Assembly (NCBI RefSeq): GCF_011386835.1
Contig: NC_088794.1
Span: forward strand, 34,596,001-34,660,000
Length of the DNA: 64,000 nucleotides
Direction of reading: 5' to 3'
Source of the DNA: Chrysemys picta bellii
Lineage: Eukaryota
Positions 51,383 through 62,880 of the stretch are shown here, piece after piece. The notes beneath the pieces are model-generated. The model was not told where the DNA came from. It did not search any database and was given only the letters and a program-made list of their open reading frames with translations. The stretch's first letter is position 1; each line of letters opens with the position of its first letter. The translations under genes and the position numbers were made by a program.

Positions 51383-51720
51383 AGAACAGGAATACTTGTG
51401 GCACCTTAGAGACTAACAAATGTATTTCAGCATAAGCTTTCGTGGGCTACAGCTAACTTTATCACGTCAAAGTTTTTTCTTCTTCTGCTACTGATAGCTC
51501 ATCTCAATTGATTGGCCTCTTACAATTGGTATGCATACTTCCACCTTTTCATGTTCTCTGTGTGTATAAATATCTTCTGTGTGTTCCACTTTATGCATCT
51601 GAAGAAGTGGGCTGTAGCCCACGAAAGCTTATGCTGAAATAAATTTGTTAGTCTCTAAGGTGCCACAAGTACTCCTGTTCTTTTTGCGGATACAGACTAA
51701 CAAGGCTGCTACTTTGTAAC
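51383..51720 (-). mobile_element. Penelope-like insertion with fold-back structure
   Basis: 70-bp inverted arms 51384-51453 / 51611-51680 (2 mismatches) around a ~157-bp spacer; 13-bp direct repeat CAGTTTAGTATAT at 51370-51382 and 51721-51733. Confidence 0.87.
51595..51634 (+). ncRNA. Minimal type I hammerhead ribozyme motif with canonical CUGANGA core
   Basis: GCAU-CUGAAGA-A-GUGGGC(UGUA)GCCCAC-GAA-AGCU-U^AUGC; perfect 6-bp stem II; predicted cleavage after 51630 (CUU triplet). Confidence 0.75.
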
Positions 51721-54300
51721 CAGTTTAGTATATGGTTTTCTCAGTTAAAAAAAACCTGAAAAAGCAAAATTCCATGATATGGAATCATACTGTCCCCATA
51801 TGGGTCAGCAGCAGAGCTGGAACCCTCAGATCCACAGCATATACCTATCTACTACTTGAGCTAACTGAATAACTGGTAGAGGATAACAGCCTACTATTGC
51901 TGCCAGAACTGCCACTAGGAAGAAGATGAGAAAATTTGCCAATAGATTTCTCGACTGTTTTCTAGCCAGCAGCAGAATCCTGGATTCTGTTCCAGGTTCT
52001 GGAGGGGAGTGTTCTCTAGTGGGTAGAAACATTTCTGCCCATCCCTTAGCATGCCTCTCCTTGCAGCCTGCAGCCTTCTATCCTTGTCCTACCTGTTCCT
52101 TTCCCCACCCTTACCTCTGGCCTGACCCCTCTCTGTTCCTATCCCCCCCAGCATGCTCCCCTTTTGCAATCCCCTCTCTAACCTGCTTGAGTTACAGTGC
52201 CTGGCACCACAGCAGCCCCTGGAAACCCTAGGAAAATTACAAAGGTCCATTCAGCTGCTGCAATTCTGATCTGAAGTATGCTCAGTGCAGACTGAGCAGC
52301 CAGAACCTGGAGGGCAGCCTCTAACAAAACTCTACTGAACATGTGCAAATGAAAAATGTGGGTGGATTTTCATGGAGACAGCAAAAGACATCTAACCCCT
52401 TCATGAACACCTTGCAAATTTCAAGTGCCTGCTCCAAAGCTATAAATTTAACCTTAGCAAAACTGTATTTTCCCCCAAGCCTCATTCTCTGAAATGGCTG
52501 AACTGTTAAAAGATCAGCTTACGTCAGGCGCCTGGAATGGAAAATTTCAGCCTGAGCAATTAAAAGTTTTACAAAGTTACTAACTACTCAAAACACATTC
52601 ATATAATGGAAAGTTGGGCAACTTTGACTACAAGTGTCGCTGCCAGCTTCACCTATAAATTACGGTCAGACATATGCCAAAAAAGAGGTGGTCACATAGC
52701 GCAATTGCAGACACAATCCATTATTCTTACATACCGTTGCCATTGCTTGGTTACAGAGACTTATGGCAGGGTCATGTTGAAATATTGTTCCCTCAGCATT
52801 GCTTTCTATGGAATAAATGAGAAGCCAAAGGCTTACCCATGATTGAGCACTTTCAAGTCAGTCCTGTCAAAGCTGTGGACCTATGAACAATACCAATATG
52901 GCTAGGCCCATACACTAGTGTGCTTTGCAGCACATTCAACTATCAAATACAGGTCCAAGAGAAAGATTCCCAGGATTTATGGCAGTTGCTGTGCACTTCT
53001 TCTTACTGGTGTGTGAAAAATAGCATGGCACTGGAATACCTTAGGAGAAAAAAAAAAACTGGTGATCTACATCCCCAAAAGAAGATATTTATCTTTAAGC
53101 ATAACATTTTTAGCCTGGAATACAAATATGTTAAAAAATATTCTAGTACCATATTTTTTGGCAAAGAACATACATGGGGAAAATATATAGCTTCATTTAA
53201 TTTTGAAACCAGGGCTTTTATTTGATGTATCTATTTGTTTGTTTATTTTTGTAATGTTTCTAGTTCTTGGGAAACATTTCTAAAAGCACCTAAGTGACTA
53301 AGCATGTAAAGGCTCTCAAATGCCTACGTCACTTTTTAATAAAGTCACTCTCCAGTTTTTCATTTTCTTCTGCTTAATCTTTAGAGAAAGAAATTAACAC
53401 TGAACATATTTCCCATGTCTTTTCTCCTTTGAGTCCTCTTCTGAAGTCTTTGTGCACTGGGAATTACGGATGCATCAGGAGGTCAAAATCAGACCCACTG
53501 TCATCTTTTTAGTCAATACAACTACTTGACTGATAAACACATCCTCCACTCCAGTTATAGAAATTGACAGACCTGAAGACTATCCCCTTTTCTACTGCTC
53601 TAGCAAAGAATGCTGTGCTGAGGCAGCTCTGTGCAACACCAAAGTGTTCCAGAAAAAAAAGTTATGTAAAATCTACAGTAAGCTATTAAAAAGAAAAAGT
53701 ACAGCAGTAGCAGCAACTATGTGCCTAATTACATATGTAATAAGACAAGCAAATAAGAAAAACAAATTACAGGCTCATCCCCTACTAAATTTGAAATATG
53801 CACAGAAGCATTAAGTGTATCCACATGTAGCATTTTATTTTAAACTGGCTGAAGCTATACCAAGCCACTCCTATGGTTATAAAACCTGTACATATCAGCA
53901 ATTATATTTGTTAGAACACATATGCCTCTCAACATGCCGGACAACTGTACCTACGTATGGTTCAACTTGTAGAAGATAAGTTTTAGATTGCAAGAATCCA
54001 CACTAACTGTATTGCCTCTTCATGCCACGTAATTAAGACACAGTTTGTTGCATTAGTTCTTTAAATCGAAAAGTCTAGATGTCGGATGCCAAATAAAATT
54101 TTACAAAATACCCTCCAAAGAATGCTCAGTCCAATGCACATGACACCTCACGTACAGGACGACACTGGTTATTTCAGAACTATCACATGGTGTATACTTG
54201 GATCAATCCAGAGAAAAGTGCAGCATATTGGAGGACAAATGCATACCCATAAAAAAAGACCTTTTTCAGTGAGGGTATTATACCATGGGCTGGCAATTCA

Positions 54301-55325
54301 GACGGTTGCCAGGAGTCCCGTTTTCGATCAGAATGCCCAGTCAAAAAGGGATCCTGGCGACTCTGGTCAAAAGTCCGGTCTGCGATGCAGGGGGGCTAAG
54401 GAAGGCTCCCTATCTCCCCTGGCTCCGCGCTGCTCCCGGCAGCAGCCGGTATGTCCCTGCGGCCCCTAGGCGGAGGGACAATCAGAGAAGGTCCGCGCGC
54501 TGCCCCTGCCCCCAATGCTGGCACCACAGCTCCCACTGGCCGGGAATTGCAACCAATGGGAGCTGCGGGGGCGGTGCTTGCAGGTGCGGGCAGCACGCAG
54601 AGGCCCCCGGCCCCTTTGCCAAGGGGCCACAGGGACATGCCGGGCACATCCGGGAGCAGCATGAAGCCAGGGTAGGCATGGAGCCTGCCTTAGCCCCGCT
54701 GCACCGACGACTGGGAGCTGCCTGAAGTAAGCGCTGCCTGGCCGGAGCCTGCACCCCAATCCCCCTCCCCCAGGTCGAAACCTCCTCCCGCACCCTAACT
54801 CCCTCCGAGAGCGCACACCCCAACCCCCAGCCCCAGCCCTGAGCCCTCTCCTGCACCACAAACTCCTCATCCCCAGCCCCACCCAGAGCCCACACCCCCA
54901 GTTGGAGCCTGCACCCTCTCCCACACCCCAGCCGTCTACCCCAGCCCTGAGCCCGCTCCTGCACTCCAAACCCCTTGGCCCCAGCCCAGAGCCCCCTCCT
55001 GCACCCGCAAGCCCCTCATCACCTGCCCCACCCCTGAGTCCACAACCCCAGCCATAGCCCTCACCCCCTCTTACACCCCAACTCCCTGCCCCAGTCCAGA
55101 GCCCCCTTCTGCAGCCTGAACCCCTCATTTTTGGCTCCACCCCAGAGCTTGCATCCCCAGCTGGAGCCCTCACCCCTCCCACACCCCAACGCCCCGCCCC
55201 AGCCCAGTGAAAATGAGTGAGGGCAGGGGAAAGCGAGTGAGGGTGGGAGGGGGGGATGGAGTGAGTGGGGGGCAGGGCCGGGCAGTGGTGCTCGGTTTTC
55301 GGCAATTAGAAAGCTGGCAACCCTA
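54301..55325. mobile_element. GC-rich hAT MITE with C-rich tandem repeats
   Basis: Ends GACGGTTGCCAG / CTGGCAACCCTA; flanks GCAATTCA (54293-54300) / GTAATACA (55326-55333), 6/8; CCCCAGCCC-type repeats inside. Confidence 0.8.
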
Positions 55326-56801
55326 GTAATACATTCTATTTAATGTTGAATTTCAATGTCCACTTTCTCCTTTTTTAATTGCTCGTAACTTTCTCAAACC
55401 AATCTCTTCCTGGGTGAAAATTTCAATGCTTGATCTCAGGATGGGGATGGTTTTTGATGGTTCATTTTTTAAAACAAGATTGAGCAAAATATATTCTACT
55501 GTGAAGAAAAAGGATATAGCCTTCCTAAAGTGTGCATTGTAGCACAAGGTGATGGGAGGAGCTATACAAAGAAAGAAAGGTAGAGGCTACAAGGGATAAT
55601 GGCAAATGTTTGATGGCTGCACCACATTTGTGAAATTGTTGTCAAAGATGAGTCTTGCACCTGAGTCTTGCATTTTACAGTCACCACTAAAATGACTGAC
55701 ATCTCACAAAGAAACAAAGCAAAGAAGTGTGCCCAACAGTATAAAGAACTGAAACTGCAGAGATCAAACAAAATATGGGGAACAACCTGAAGAAACTGCT
55801 CCCTACTAGGCAATCAAGTCCTACACTCAAAGGAGTCTTTCACTTAACACACCCATGATAGCCCTTCTATAGCTCTGAATGCAAATGCATGTAATCAGTT
55901 TCTTTCTTGCAATCACATACTTTTCAGCTTTTGGTTTATGAGTACAAGTGCCTGAAAAGGAGAAGTTTCTACTCTGCAGATGCAGTAGCAGGCTACAGTC
56001 AGCACTTAGCCCTACTCTGTTCCAGTTTGTGAAGTAAGGTCTTTATAAAAGCAAACAAAACAAAAACAGGTTTAAAGTAGTGAGGTAACTACACTTAGCT
56101 CAGTCTCAGAAGTTACAAAGATCCTTAAGAAATTTTGGAAGAAAACTTCTGCAAAATTACTGAATATATTCATAGCTATTAAACTCAGCTATGAGACACT
56201 CAGCACTGTTGATTAGCAACCTCTTCAACTGTAACATGTGAAAATAAAATATGAAAGTGAACTGGTTAAAGAAAAACTATACCAAGAATATGTCTCCCTC
56301 CCCCCAAAATGCAACCGGCTTGTAAAATTGCAAGTACAGAAGGCTTGTAATGCATCACATTTTAAATATTAGTCTTTAAAGACAGTATTTCAGAGCATCC
56401 CTCAAATCAACCAAGAGCCCTGCTTTATGAAATAATAAACATTCAGGTGATTTTTTTAATGCAGAAATCCAGGGCAGCTGTGATTGTTGGATGCATTCCT
56501 CCTCCAGTTTCTCAACATAAAGCTTCCTATACTCAAATATGTCACTATTAGGATGCCAAACTATAAATTAGTAACTTTTAAAGAAGGCAAAATTGTATCC
56601 CACTGTACCACTTTCTTATGCATTGCAGAATCTAGCATTTATTTCCCCAGCTTTTTAAAGCTGGATATAAAACAAAGACAGAACATTCAATAAAAGGATG
56701 ACAAGCACAGTGTGTCTTGGGAAAGAAATGGCACAATAATAAAACTGCAAGTGAAAGTGTACTTCACTGACATCAAATCAACTTTTACTCCAAAGATTGC
56801 G

Positions 56802-56931
56802 GGGCCAGATTCTGCAGCCCTTATTTAGCTTGCATAGTACCTCACTCAAAGAATATTCCTATTAAAATCAACGGGATTACTAGTGAGATAAGACAATATG
56901 CAACCTGAATAGGACTTGCAGAATCTAGCCC
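56802..56931. mobile_element. Short hairpin MITE-like element
   Basis: TIR GGGCCAGATTCTGCA / TGCAGAATCTAGCCC (14/15); central CCTATTAAAATCAACGGG core; TSD not resolved. Confidence 0.7.
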
Positions 56932-57469
56932 TATTCATACACAACAGTTTGTACATGGGGTACATACACAACACTTATCTCAGAGGCACACTTTCATTCC
57001 TGTGCATAGCTGGTGAAGGATTCACAAAATGGTCTGAAAACAATCTATATAAAGCAGCCTCTTTCTATATTAATCTTCTCTCTGTTGTTGCCTGCTTCTT
57101 TATTAGGTCAGTTTTTAACAGGCAATTATAGCATTTTGAAGATTTCCAACAGGGTGGCTCCACTGTTAGTGTGTGTTTGTTTTAGTGACTTTATAAAATC
57201 ATCTCATTGATTTTCCCACAATACTTCACCACCAACTTGATGGATAAGGCTTTTTAACACAGTCTTACTTACAGTCAACCTGTCTCCCTGCTCTAGAGAT
57301 GAAAGTATTGAGTGTTTTACCCGTAGCCATGTTGCAGTAGCTGAATAACTCACCAGTCCACTAGCAGGGGTACCAAACAACATTCCTTCCTACTACTCTA
57401 CACTTAAAAAGCACCTTGTATAGGGTTCTAAATATACTTCCGAAGCACTAATATTTTAAGGCACACAAC

Positions 57470-57720
57470 TCCAAGGAATCAGGTTGGTATCCCATTTTTT
57501 AGAATGTTACAGAGATAGGGGCTGAGGTCAAGATTCTCCAAAGGGCCATCTGATTTTGGGTGCTCCTTGAGAAGTTTCAGGATGGAGACTCAAAATGGAA
57601 GTCCCAAAGTTAGTGGACACTTGAAAATTTGGGCCTGTGACTTGCCCAAGGTGGTTTAGCCCGTCAGCAGAGGACTCAAGAATAGAAATCAGATGTCCTA
57701 GCTTATAGTTCTTTACCCAC
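57470..57720 (-). mobile_element. CORE/MIR-like SINE interrupted by a palindromic element (57526-57635)
   Basis: TATCCCATTTTTTAGA...[GGTCAAGATTCTCCAA...TTGAAAATTTGGGCC]...GTGACTTGCCCAAGGT. Confidence 0.62.
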
Positions 57721-57992
57721 ATAATTATGTGAGTGTGTTTTCTAGTGAACAATTATTTGTCTTACTTTAAACTGTTGAAAGTTATAGAAATATTAGAATA
57801 TAACTTACTTTTTAATGATTTATTCATAATTTGCGGGGAGTCAGTCCCAAAACTACTTTTAGAATAGTTCACGGCAGCTATACCAAACAAAAGTAGGGGC
57901 ACAAATGTGTCATTGTTCTGATAATCTGAACAAGGTTTGAAAGCTAAACCAATACTAGAGCTGGATGCAAATCAGAATTTCTGCCCCACATG

Positions 57993-59264
57993 CAGGGCCG
58001 TATTAACTCTCCTGTGGGCCCAGGGCTATTAGATTTTGTGGGGCCCTTGGGGATTTGGAGTGGGGGAGTGGGCTCAGGGCTGGGGTAGGGGATTGAGGTG
58101 CGGGAGGGGGTGCAGCTCCAGCTGGGGGTGGGTGGGGCCAGGGATGGAACAGGGGGTTGGGGTCCAGCAGGAGGTTCAGGGTATGGGCTCTGGGTGGGAG
58201 TTTGGGTGCAAGAGGGGGCTCAGGGCTGGGACAGGGGGGAGGGGTGTAGGAGGGAGTGTGGGGTGCAGGCTCTGGCTGGGAGAGCTTATCTCGGGTGGCT
58301 CCTGGTCGGCAGCGCAGCAAGGCTAAGGCAGGATCCCTGCCTGCCCTGGCTCTGTGCTGCTCTGCTCCCTGAGGTGGCTGGCATGTCTGTAGGGTTACCA
58401 TACGCCCTCTTTTTCCCGGACATGTCCGGCTTTTCGGCAGTCAAACCCCCGTCCGGGGGGAATTGCCAAAAAGCCGAACATGTCCGGGAAAATGGCGGCT
58501 CTGCTCCTCCCCTGACTCTTCGGCTCTATTTAAGAGCCGAGCTACCCGAGCACTATGGGCTTCAGGCAGCCCCCGTGCTTCCGGACCCTGCGCCGCCGGA
58601 GCCCGGGAGGGGAAGTGCCCGGCTGGGGGCGCAGGGTCCGGAGGCATAGGGGCTGTCCAAAGCCCGAGCGCTACCGGCTTCACGGTTTGCCGGGCAGCCT
58701 CCAGACCCTGCGCCCCCGGCTGGGCCCTTCCCCTCCCGGGCTCCAGCTGCGCTGGGGAAGCGCCGGCCGGGGGCGCAGGGTCTGGGGGCTGCCCAGCAAA
58801 CCGTGAAGCCGGTAGCGCTGGGGCAGCCCTTTCCCCATGGCTGGGAGTGGGAGGGAGGAGGGGGCAGAGTTAGGGCGGGGAAGGGGCGGAGTTGGGGCGG
58901 GGCTAGGGGTGGGGAAATGGGCGGGGTCAGGGCCCGTGGAGGGTCCTCTTTTTTTATTTATTAGATATGGTAACCCTAATGTCCAGCCCCTAGGCAGAGG
59001 GGCCAGGCCACTCTGTGCAGTGCATGCTGCCCCTGCCCACGGTACCCAGCCATTGGGAGCTGCAGAGCCAGCACTGGGGGAAGCACACACAGATTCCCTG
59101 AACGCCCCTTGCCAGTGCTCGCAGCTCCAGCCCTGGGGAGCGGGTGACGAGGCTCGGGGACGGGTGTCGCAATGGGCCACATCCAGCCCACTGGCCTGCG
59201 GGGCCCCCCTTAGCCCAAGGCCATGGGCTGCAGCCCCTAAAGTCCCTACATTAATCCAGCCCTG
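57993..59264. mobile_element. Middle hAT MITE of the nest
   Basis: TIR CAGGGCCGTATTAA / TTAATCCAGCCCTG (12/14); TSD CCCACATG (57985-57992) / CACACATG (59265-59272), 7/8. Confidence 0.86.
58390..58978. mobile_element. Inner hAT MITE of the nest, same TIR family as 1032-2161
   Basis: TIR TAGGGTTACCATA / TATGGTAACCCTA (13 bp perfect); flanks ATGTCTG / ATGTCCAG form only a degenerate TSD. Confidence 0.88.
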
Positions 59265-61053
59265 CACACATGAAATTCCAATATTTTGACATTTGTGTTT
59301 ACCCCAGATCTAAATAACAAGCAGAAGTACCAAAATTTTCACAGAACAGTAAGCTGAGAAAAATTCCGCTTTGGAAGTGTTGGAACGAAATATGTTGAAA
59401 CAATAATACAACATTGAAAGATTCAAACAGATCAAAATATTTAGGTTTGGCTTGGTTATACACTGAACTGCATTGGCCTCATGCCTCCAGCCTCCTATGT
59501 AGGCCAGGCTCCAGGACCAGATTAAATATCCCATAAAGTACATGGGACTCTCATGATGCACTGGGGAAGTTCAGTGGGAGGGCCGCAGTACATCATGAAA
59601 TGTAGGTTAGCCAGGAAAGACGGTCCATAAAAGAGAAAGGGGGCATGAGGCACCAGGAGTACAACTTTCATGAAGCACGAAAACAGCTCAGGCAGATGCA
59701 GTTCCATGTCAAATGGACCCAAAATAAAATGCTACCAGTCAAGTCAACAAACTAAAATGTTTAGATTTGGGTGGACATACAACGAAACTTAGTTCAGATT
59801 TTCCCCATCAGAAAAACCAAAACAATTGGGACAAAAATCAAAATGTCAATTTTGCAGAAACTACCTCTGCCACGGAAAAAATCCTCGACTAAAAGTTCCT
59901 GACCACTCTAACTAATACAACCCAAATAGCTTTTCCTTTACAAAACAGGGAGAAAAATGCTGGTTTTAATCATGAGTCAAAGAAACTGGAATCATGCACA
60001 AAGCCAGGCACAACAGAACACTGAAATGTGTCAAAATGCATCGGTTTAAGATTTTTAACTAATGTGACTGAAAACCTGCTCTACAAAAACGAGATCTTTA
60101 TTTCTAAGCTGGGATATGTTTCCCAACCAATACAGATATGATAGATTGATACACAGGTTCACATGCCTGTTTGTTATACTTAATGGAATGCGGCTGTTCG
60201 TTCAGCAGTTCAATTTTACTTTGTGAGGATACAGATTTCAATTTGTTCATTCACTGTTTTCCATTTTTCAAGTCCTCTATCTGCAGCAACATAATATGAA
60301 CCATTTTCTTTAGCGCCAGTGCAGATTACTTGTGACAGTGACTGTTAATTAAGGCATTTTTGTTGTTGTTGTTGTCGTCATTTGCAGCATCTCTGTGTAG
60401 TTTACTGGTAAAAGTTTCTGCTCTTCTAACCATAACCTAAAATTGAACTATCTTCTTCCACCTAAAACATCAGGCAATCTTTCTCTTATATTTGCTCAGT
60501 TGACCATGAATTTTTCTCTTCAGTTTATCCAATCTAACACTTGACAGGTCACTATTTGCAGTGGGTTTGGTTTTGACAGCTTGGGCTGCCTTAACAAAAT
60601 AAGCAGTTTGGCTTTAAAAGCATAGTGTATGGTCTAGACAGCAATGTCTGCTGCAAGCAAAGAGGACACCTTCCTGTCAGACAGCAGACAAGTTAATGGT
60701 AGGGTAATTTACTTCACCCATATAAAACCAGGATTCAAGGAATCCCACAAAACCAAGCAAGCACCTGAGAACTGAGTGCAATAAACCCTGCACAGTGAGT
60801 TGAGAGCACAAGTCTCTTTACCTACATTTTTAAACTTTAGACTTTAGCTCTTTTTCTGACAGAAAAATAATCCACAATTCTATCTAATTCTATCTGAGAT
60901 CTCCAAAATACACCTTTAATTGGTATCCACTACATTTACATATAAAATTGTACTCTAGCATTTTGAAAAACTAAACTACACTTCCATAGTCTCAACTGGT
61001 TATTCTAACAAAATCACTTCTTTGTTAATCCTTTGCAGGATACAGATCAGTTC

Positions 61054-61432
61054 AGAAAAGTCAGTTACCTTTTCCGTAATTGGTGTTCTTCGAGATGTGT
61101 TGCTTATGTCCATTCCACAATAGGTGTGCGTGCTCGCCACATGCACCAGTGCCGGAAAGTTTTTCCCTTATGTTCTTATGTACTACCCTTAGCACTACCC
61201 ATAGGGGAGTGCACCTAGCGACCCCCGGAGTCCCACTGCCATGGCGCGGTATAAGGGGCGCGGCGCGCTCCCCCCCACCCTTAGTTCCTTTTTGCCAGAC
61301 AACTCCAACAGTGGGGAAGGAGGGCGGAATGCGGAATGGACATGAGCAGCACATCTCGAAGAACACCAGTTATGGAAAAGGTAACTGTCTTTTCTTCTTC
61401 GAGTGATTGCTCATGTGCATTCCACAATAGGT
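61054..61432 (-). repeat. DIRS right ITR plus internal complementary region (ICR)
   Basis: 63-bp inverted repeat 61054-61116 / 61333-61395 (5 mismatches); 61396-61432 is a near-direct repeat of 61087-61126; TATA-like GGTATAAGGGG near 61249. Confidence 0.88.
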
Positions 61433-61468
61433 GATTCCAAGCTATATCTGTTGGAGGTGGGTACGAGT

Positions 61469-62659
61469 TTACAGACACTTGGGACGGAGTACAGCCCTGC
61501 TGAACCCAGCGTCCTCCCTAGTTTGAGGGACGATCGCATAATGCGAGGTGAACGTGTGGACCGATGACCATGTGGCAGCCCTACAAATGTCCTGGATAGG
61601 AACATGAGCCAGAAACGCAGCCAACAAGGTTTGCACCCTAGTCGAGTGCACCCTCAGAATTGGCGGCAGGGGAACTCCCGCCAGGTTGTAACAAGCACAG
61701 ATACAAGAAGTGATCCAGTTGGAGAGCTGCTGAGTGGAGATCGGCTGACCTTTCATGCGTTTGGCCTTGGCGATGAAAAGCTGTGAAGATTTCCTGATTG
61801 TTTTGTATATTCTAGGTAAAAGGCCAGAGCCCGTCTTACATCTAGCATGTGAAGGCGGCGCTCCTCACTGGATGCGTGGGGCTTGGGACAGAGCACTGGC
61901 AGGAAAATGTCCTGGCCCATATGATAGGCAGAGACCACCCTAGGGAGGAACGACGGGTGCGGGTGGAGCTGGACCTTATCCTTATGAAATACCGTGTACG
62001 GGGGTTGGGAGGTCAGGGCCTGGAGCTCCGACACCCTCCTAGCCGACGTGATCACCACCAGAAAGCTACTTTCCATGAGAGGTGGGACCAGGATCATGTA
62101 GCAAGCAGCTCAAATGGAGGTCCTATTAGCTTGGCCAGCACCAAGTTCAGGTCCCACTGAGGGACCGGGGGTCTAACATAAGGAAAGAGGTGATCCAAGC
62201 CCTTAAGGAATCAACTAGTCATGGCATGGGAGAATATCATGTGGCTCTTACTGGCTGGTGAAAAGCTGATATGGCTGCCAGATGCACCTTTGCGGACGAG
62301 GGGGCTAGGCCGTGGGCCCTGAGATGAAGGAAGTAGTCCAGTATGAGCTCGATCAGGGCAGCTACTGGCGAGATGCCCCGATCAGCAGCCCACCAGAAAA
62401 ACCAAGAGCATTTTGCCAGGTAGGCCTGACGTGTGGCGGGCCTCCTGCTTTGCAGGAGGATGCGCTGGACTCCCTCCGAGCAAGTCCTCTCCTCCCGGCC
62501 TAACCATTGAGCAGCCATGCCGTGAGGTGGAGGGTGGCTAGGTTGGGGTGGAGGAGGCGATCTTGGTCCTGGGAGAGAAGGTCCGGGCAGATTGGCAATG
62601 GCCACGGTGGGGCGATTGCCAGGCTCTTGAGAGTCCCATATCAGTGCTGTCCGGGCCAC
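61469..62659 (-). pseudogene. DIRS tyrosine recombinase (frameshifted)
   Basis: N-terminal domain (TRQAYLAKCSWF, KVHLAAISAFH), ITSARRVSELQAL, catalytic-region RVHSTR and ATWSSVHTFTSHY, spread over ORFs 62237..62659, 61753..62097 and 61469..61756. Confidence 0.9.
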
Positions 62660-62862
62660 ACTAGGGCAATCAGAAGAATGCGAGTCCTGTCCTTCTTTAT
62701 CTTTTCCAAGACCTTGCCGATCAGCGGAATCAGGGGAAAGGCATAGAAAAGCTGACCCGACCAGGACAGAAGGAATGCGTCAGAAATCGTGCCCATGCCT
62801 ACCTGTCCCCTGGAGCAGAAATGGGGACACTGGCGGTTCTGTCTGGTCGTGAAGAGGTCCAC
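62641..62862 (-). pseudogene. DIRS DNA N6-adenine methyltransferase-like domain remnant
   Basis: DLFTTRQNRQCPHFCS...DAFLLSWSGQLFYAFPLIPLIGKVLEKI, positioned after RNase H as known for DIRS1 elements. Confidence 0.78.
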
Positions 62863-62880
62863 TTGGGGAGTGCCCCATGT

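Larger units (their letters stand above)
57956..59910. mobile_element. Outer hAT element of a three-level nest
   Basis: Ends TAGAGCTGG / CCACTCTA; TSD ACCAATAC (57948-57955) / ACTAATAC (59911-59918), 7/8. Confidence 0.78.

Noticed and set aside
54086-59289. ORFs of 130-279 aa in GC-rich blocks
   Set aside because: They fall within or overlap TIR/TSD-bounded MITEs with tandem C/G-run repeats; no transposase or other domain.
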